Of a stretch of DNA of 32,000 nucleotides, positions 31,401 through 32,000 are shown piece by piece. Below the pieces are notes generated by a model, which was given only the letters and a program-made list of their open reading frames with translations, was not told the origin of the DNA and ran no database searches. Numbering within the stretch: the stretch's first letter is position 1; every line of letters begins with the position of its first letter. The stretch comes from Nanobdellota archaeon (GTDB lineage: Archaea; Nanobdellota; Nanobdellia; Nanobdellales; Nanobdellaceae), in the NCBI GenBank assembly GCA_042850255.1, contig AP031373.1, positions 270,001 to 302,000 on the forward strand. Direction: 5' to 3'. Made by a program: the position numbers and the translations under genes.

Positions 31401-32000
31401 ATGAAAGTTGGTATAGCCTTAAGTCACTTCCAAATATCTAGTTATATTCCTAAGGAAGATTCATGGAATTATGGTAAATTGTTACCTAAACCAAACAGGG
31501 GAATAGAAAATTTATTGGGAGAAAATAAGGAAAAATTGTATAGAGTTTTAACGTTAGACGATACATTAAAATATGTAAGATTTTCTCCAATGTTATCTTA
31601 CATTGTTCAAAATGGAAAAATAAATAAAGAAAAATTAAAAGAGTATATAGAATTTTTTGAATATTTATATAATAGATCTGTAGAATCATTATTAGTTCCT
31701 ATTCATTTTACCTATCCCGTATCATGGGGGAAAATTCATTCAGAAGAATTTCCTAAGAATGCGATAAAAACATTTGAAGAAATAAAAGAGATGTTTGACC
31801 GCGCTAAGATGATCGAGACAATTAATGAACTACTACATTGGTTATTTTTTATAGAACCTTCTTATTTCTTAGGATCTCCTTTATACGCTTTAAAATATAT
31901 TGCAAAGATAAAGAAAGCGCTGGAAAATATAAAAGAAATTCATTTATATTTTTGGGATGAATTTCATAAAGAAAAAATTATAATAAACAATGTTTTTATA
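31401..32000 (+). CDS. glycoside hydrolase family 1-like protein, N-terminal 200 aa (ORF runs off the window end)
   Basis: My own translation runs from the ATG at 31401 with no stop to 32000. VGIALSHFQIS (cf. GxAxSxxQxE), VRFSPMLSYIVQNG (cf. RFSisWsRi.P.G), LLVPIHFTYPVSW (cf. vTLyHwdlP) and MIETINEL (cf. W.T.NEP) appear in GH1 order. Divergent. Confidence 0.45.
   Translation, partial: MKVGIALSHFQISSYIPKEDSWNYGKLLPKPNRGIENLLGENKEKLYRVLTLDDTLKYVRFSPMLSYIVQNGKINKEKLKEYIEFFEYLYNRSVESLLVPIHFTYPVSWGKIHSEEFPKNAIKTFEEIKEMFDRAKMIETINELLHWLFFIEPSYFLGSPLYALKYIAKIKKALENIKEIHLYFWDEFHKEKIIINNVFI

Noticed and set aside
1-32000. Search for CRISPR arrays, rRNA genes, IS/transposase or integrase genes, and duplicated tRNA ends (att sites)
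   Set aside because: I saw no regularly spaced direct repeats, no long GC-rich rRNA-like islands, no transposase or integrase-like ORFs, and no second copies of the GC-rich tRNA 3' segments.

Overview
All calls below come from reading motifs by eye; no search or folding program was run. This is a very AT-rich (roughly three-quarters A+T by eye) and very tightly packed archaeal chromosome segment. Four GC-rich tRNA genes stand out as islands, which is a thermophile signature.

Recognisable genes:
- Ribosomal proteins uL22, uS3, uL18, uS8 and uS14, scattered in small fragments rather than one operon.
- Archaeal cofactor-independent phosphoglycerate mutase.
- A 1649-aa class II ribonucleotide reductase carrying two inteins.
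- A minus-strand run of MEMO-like, Hsp20, NOG1-type GTPase and metallophosphoesterase genes.
- An N-terminal-only GatE ORF.
- Orc1/Cdc6 coupled to the PolD small subunit, behind a 330-bp gene-free region that is a candidate oriC.
- Rpo11, a PIN-ATPase and ABCE1.
- An NFACT-N-only ORF.
- An APC-transporter/methyltransferase fusion.
- A partial GH1-like gene running off the window end.

The split-looking genes, abutting or overlapping convergent genes, and AT boxes at a fixed distance upstream of tRNAs together suggest a reduced DPANN/Nanoarchaeota-type symbiont genome. This is inference.

Most interesting leads:
1. A coupled trio of FlaF/FlaG-like genes. The third is expanded into a 743-aa, heavily sequon-studded surface protein, a candidate attachment module.
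2. RNR intein 1, which has a Lys at the +1 position and a non-canonical block B.
3. An H/ACA-like guide hairpin fused 1 nt upstream of tRNA-Ser, plus a C/D-box-like sRNA candidate.
4. A HEPN-MNT cassette, an unexplained long palindrome and a frameshifted gene lying around two tRNA genes.
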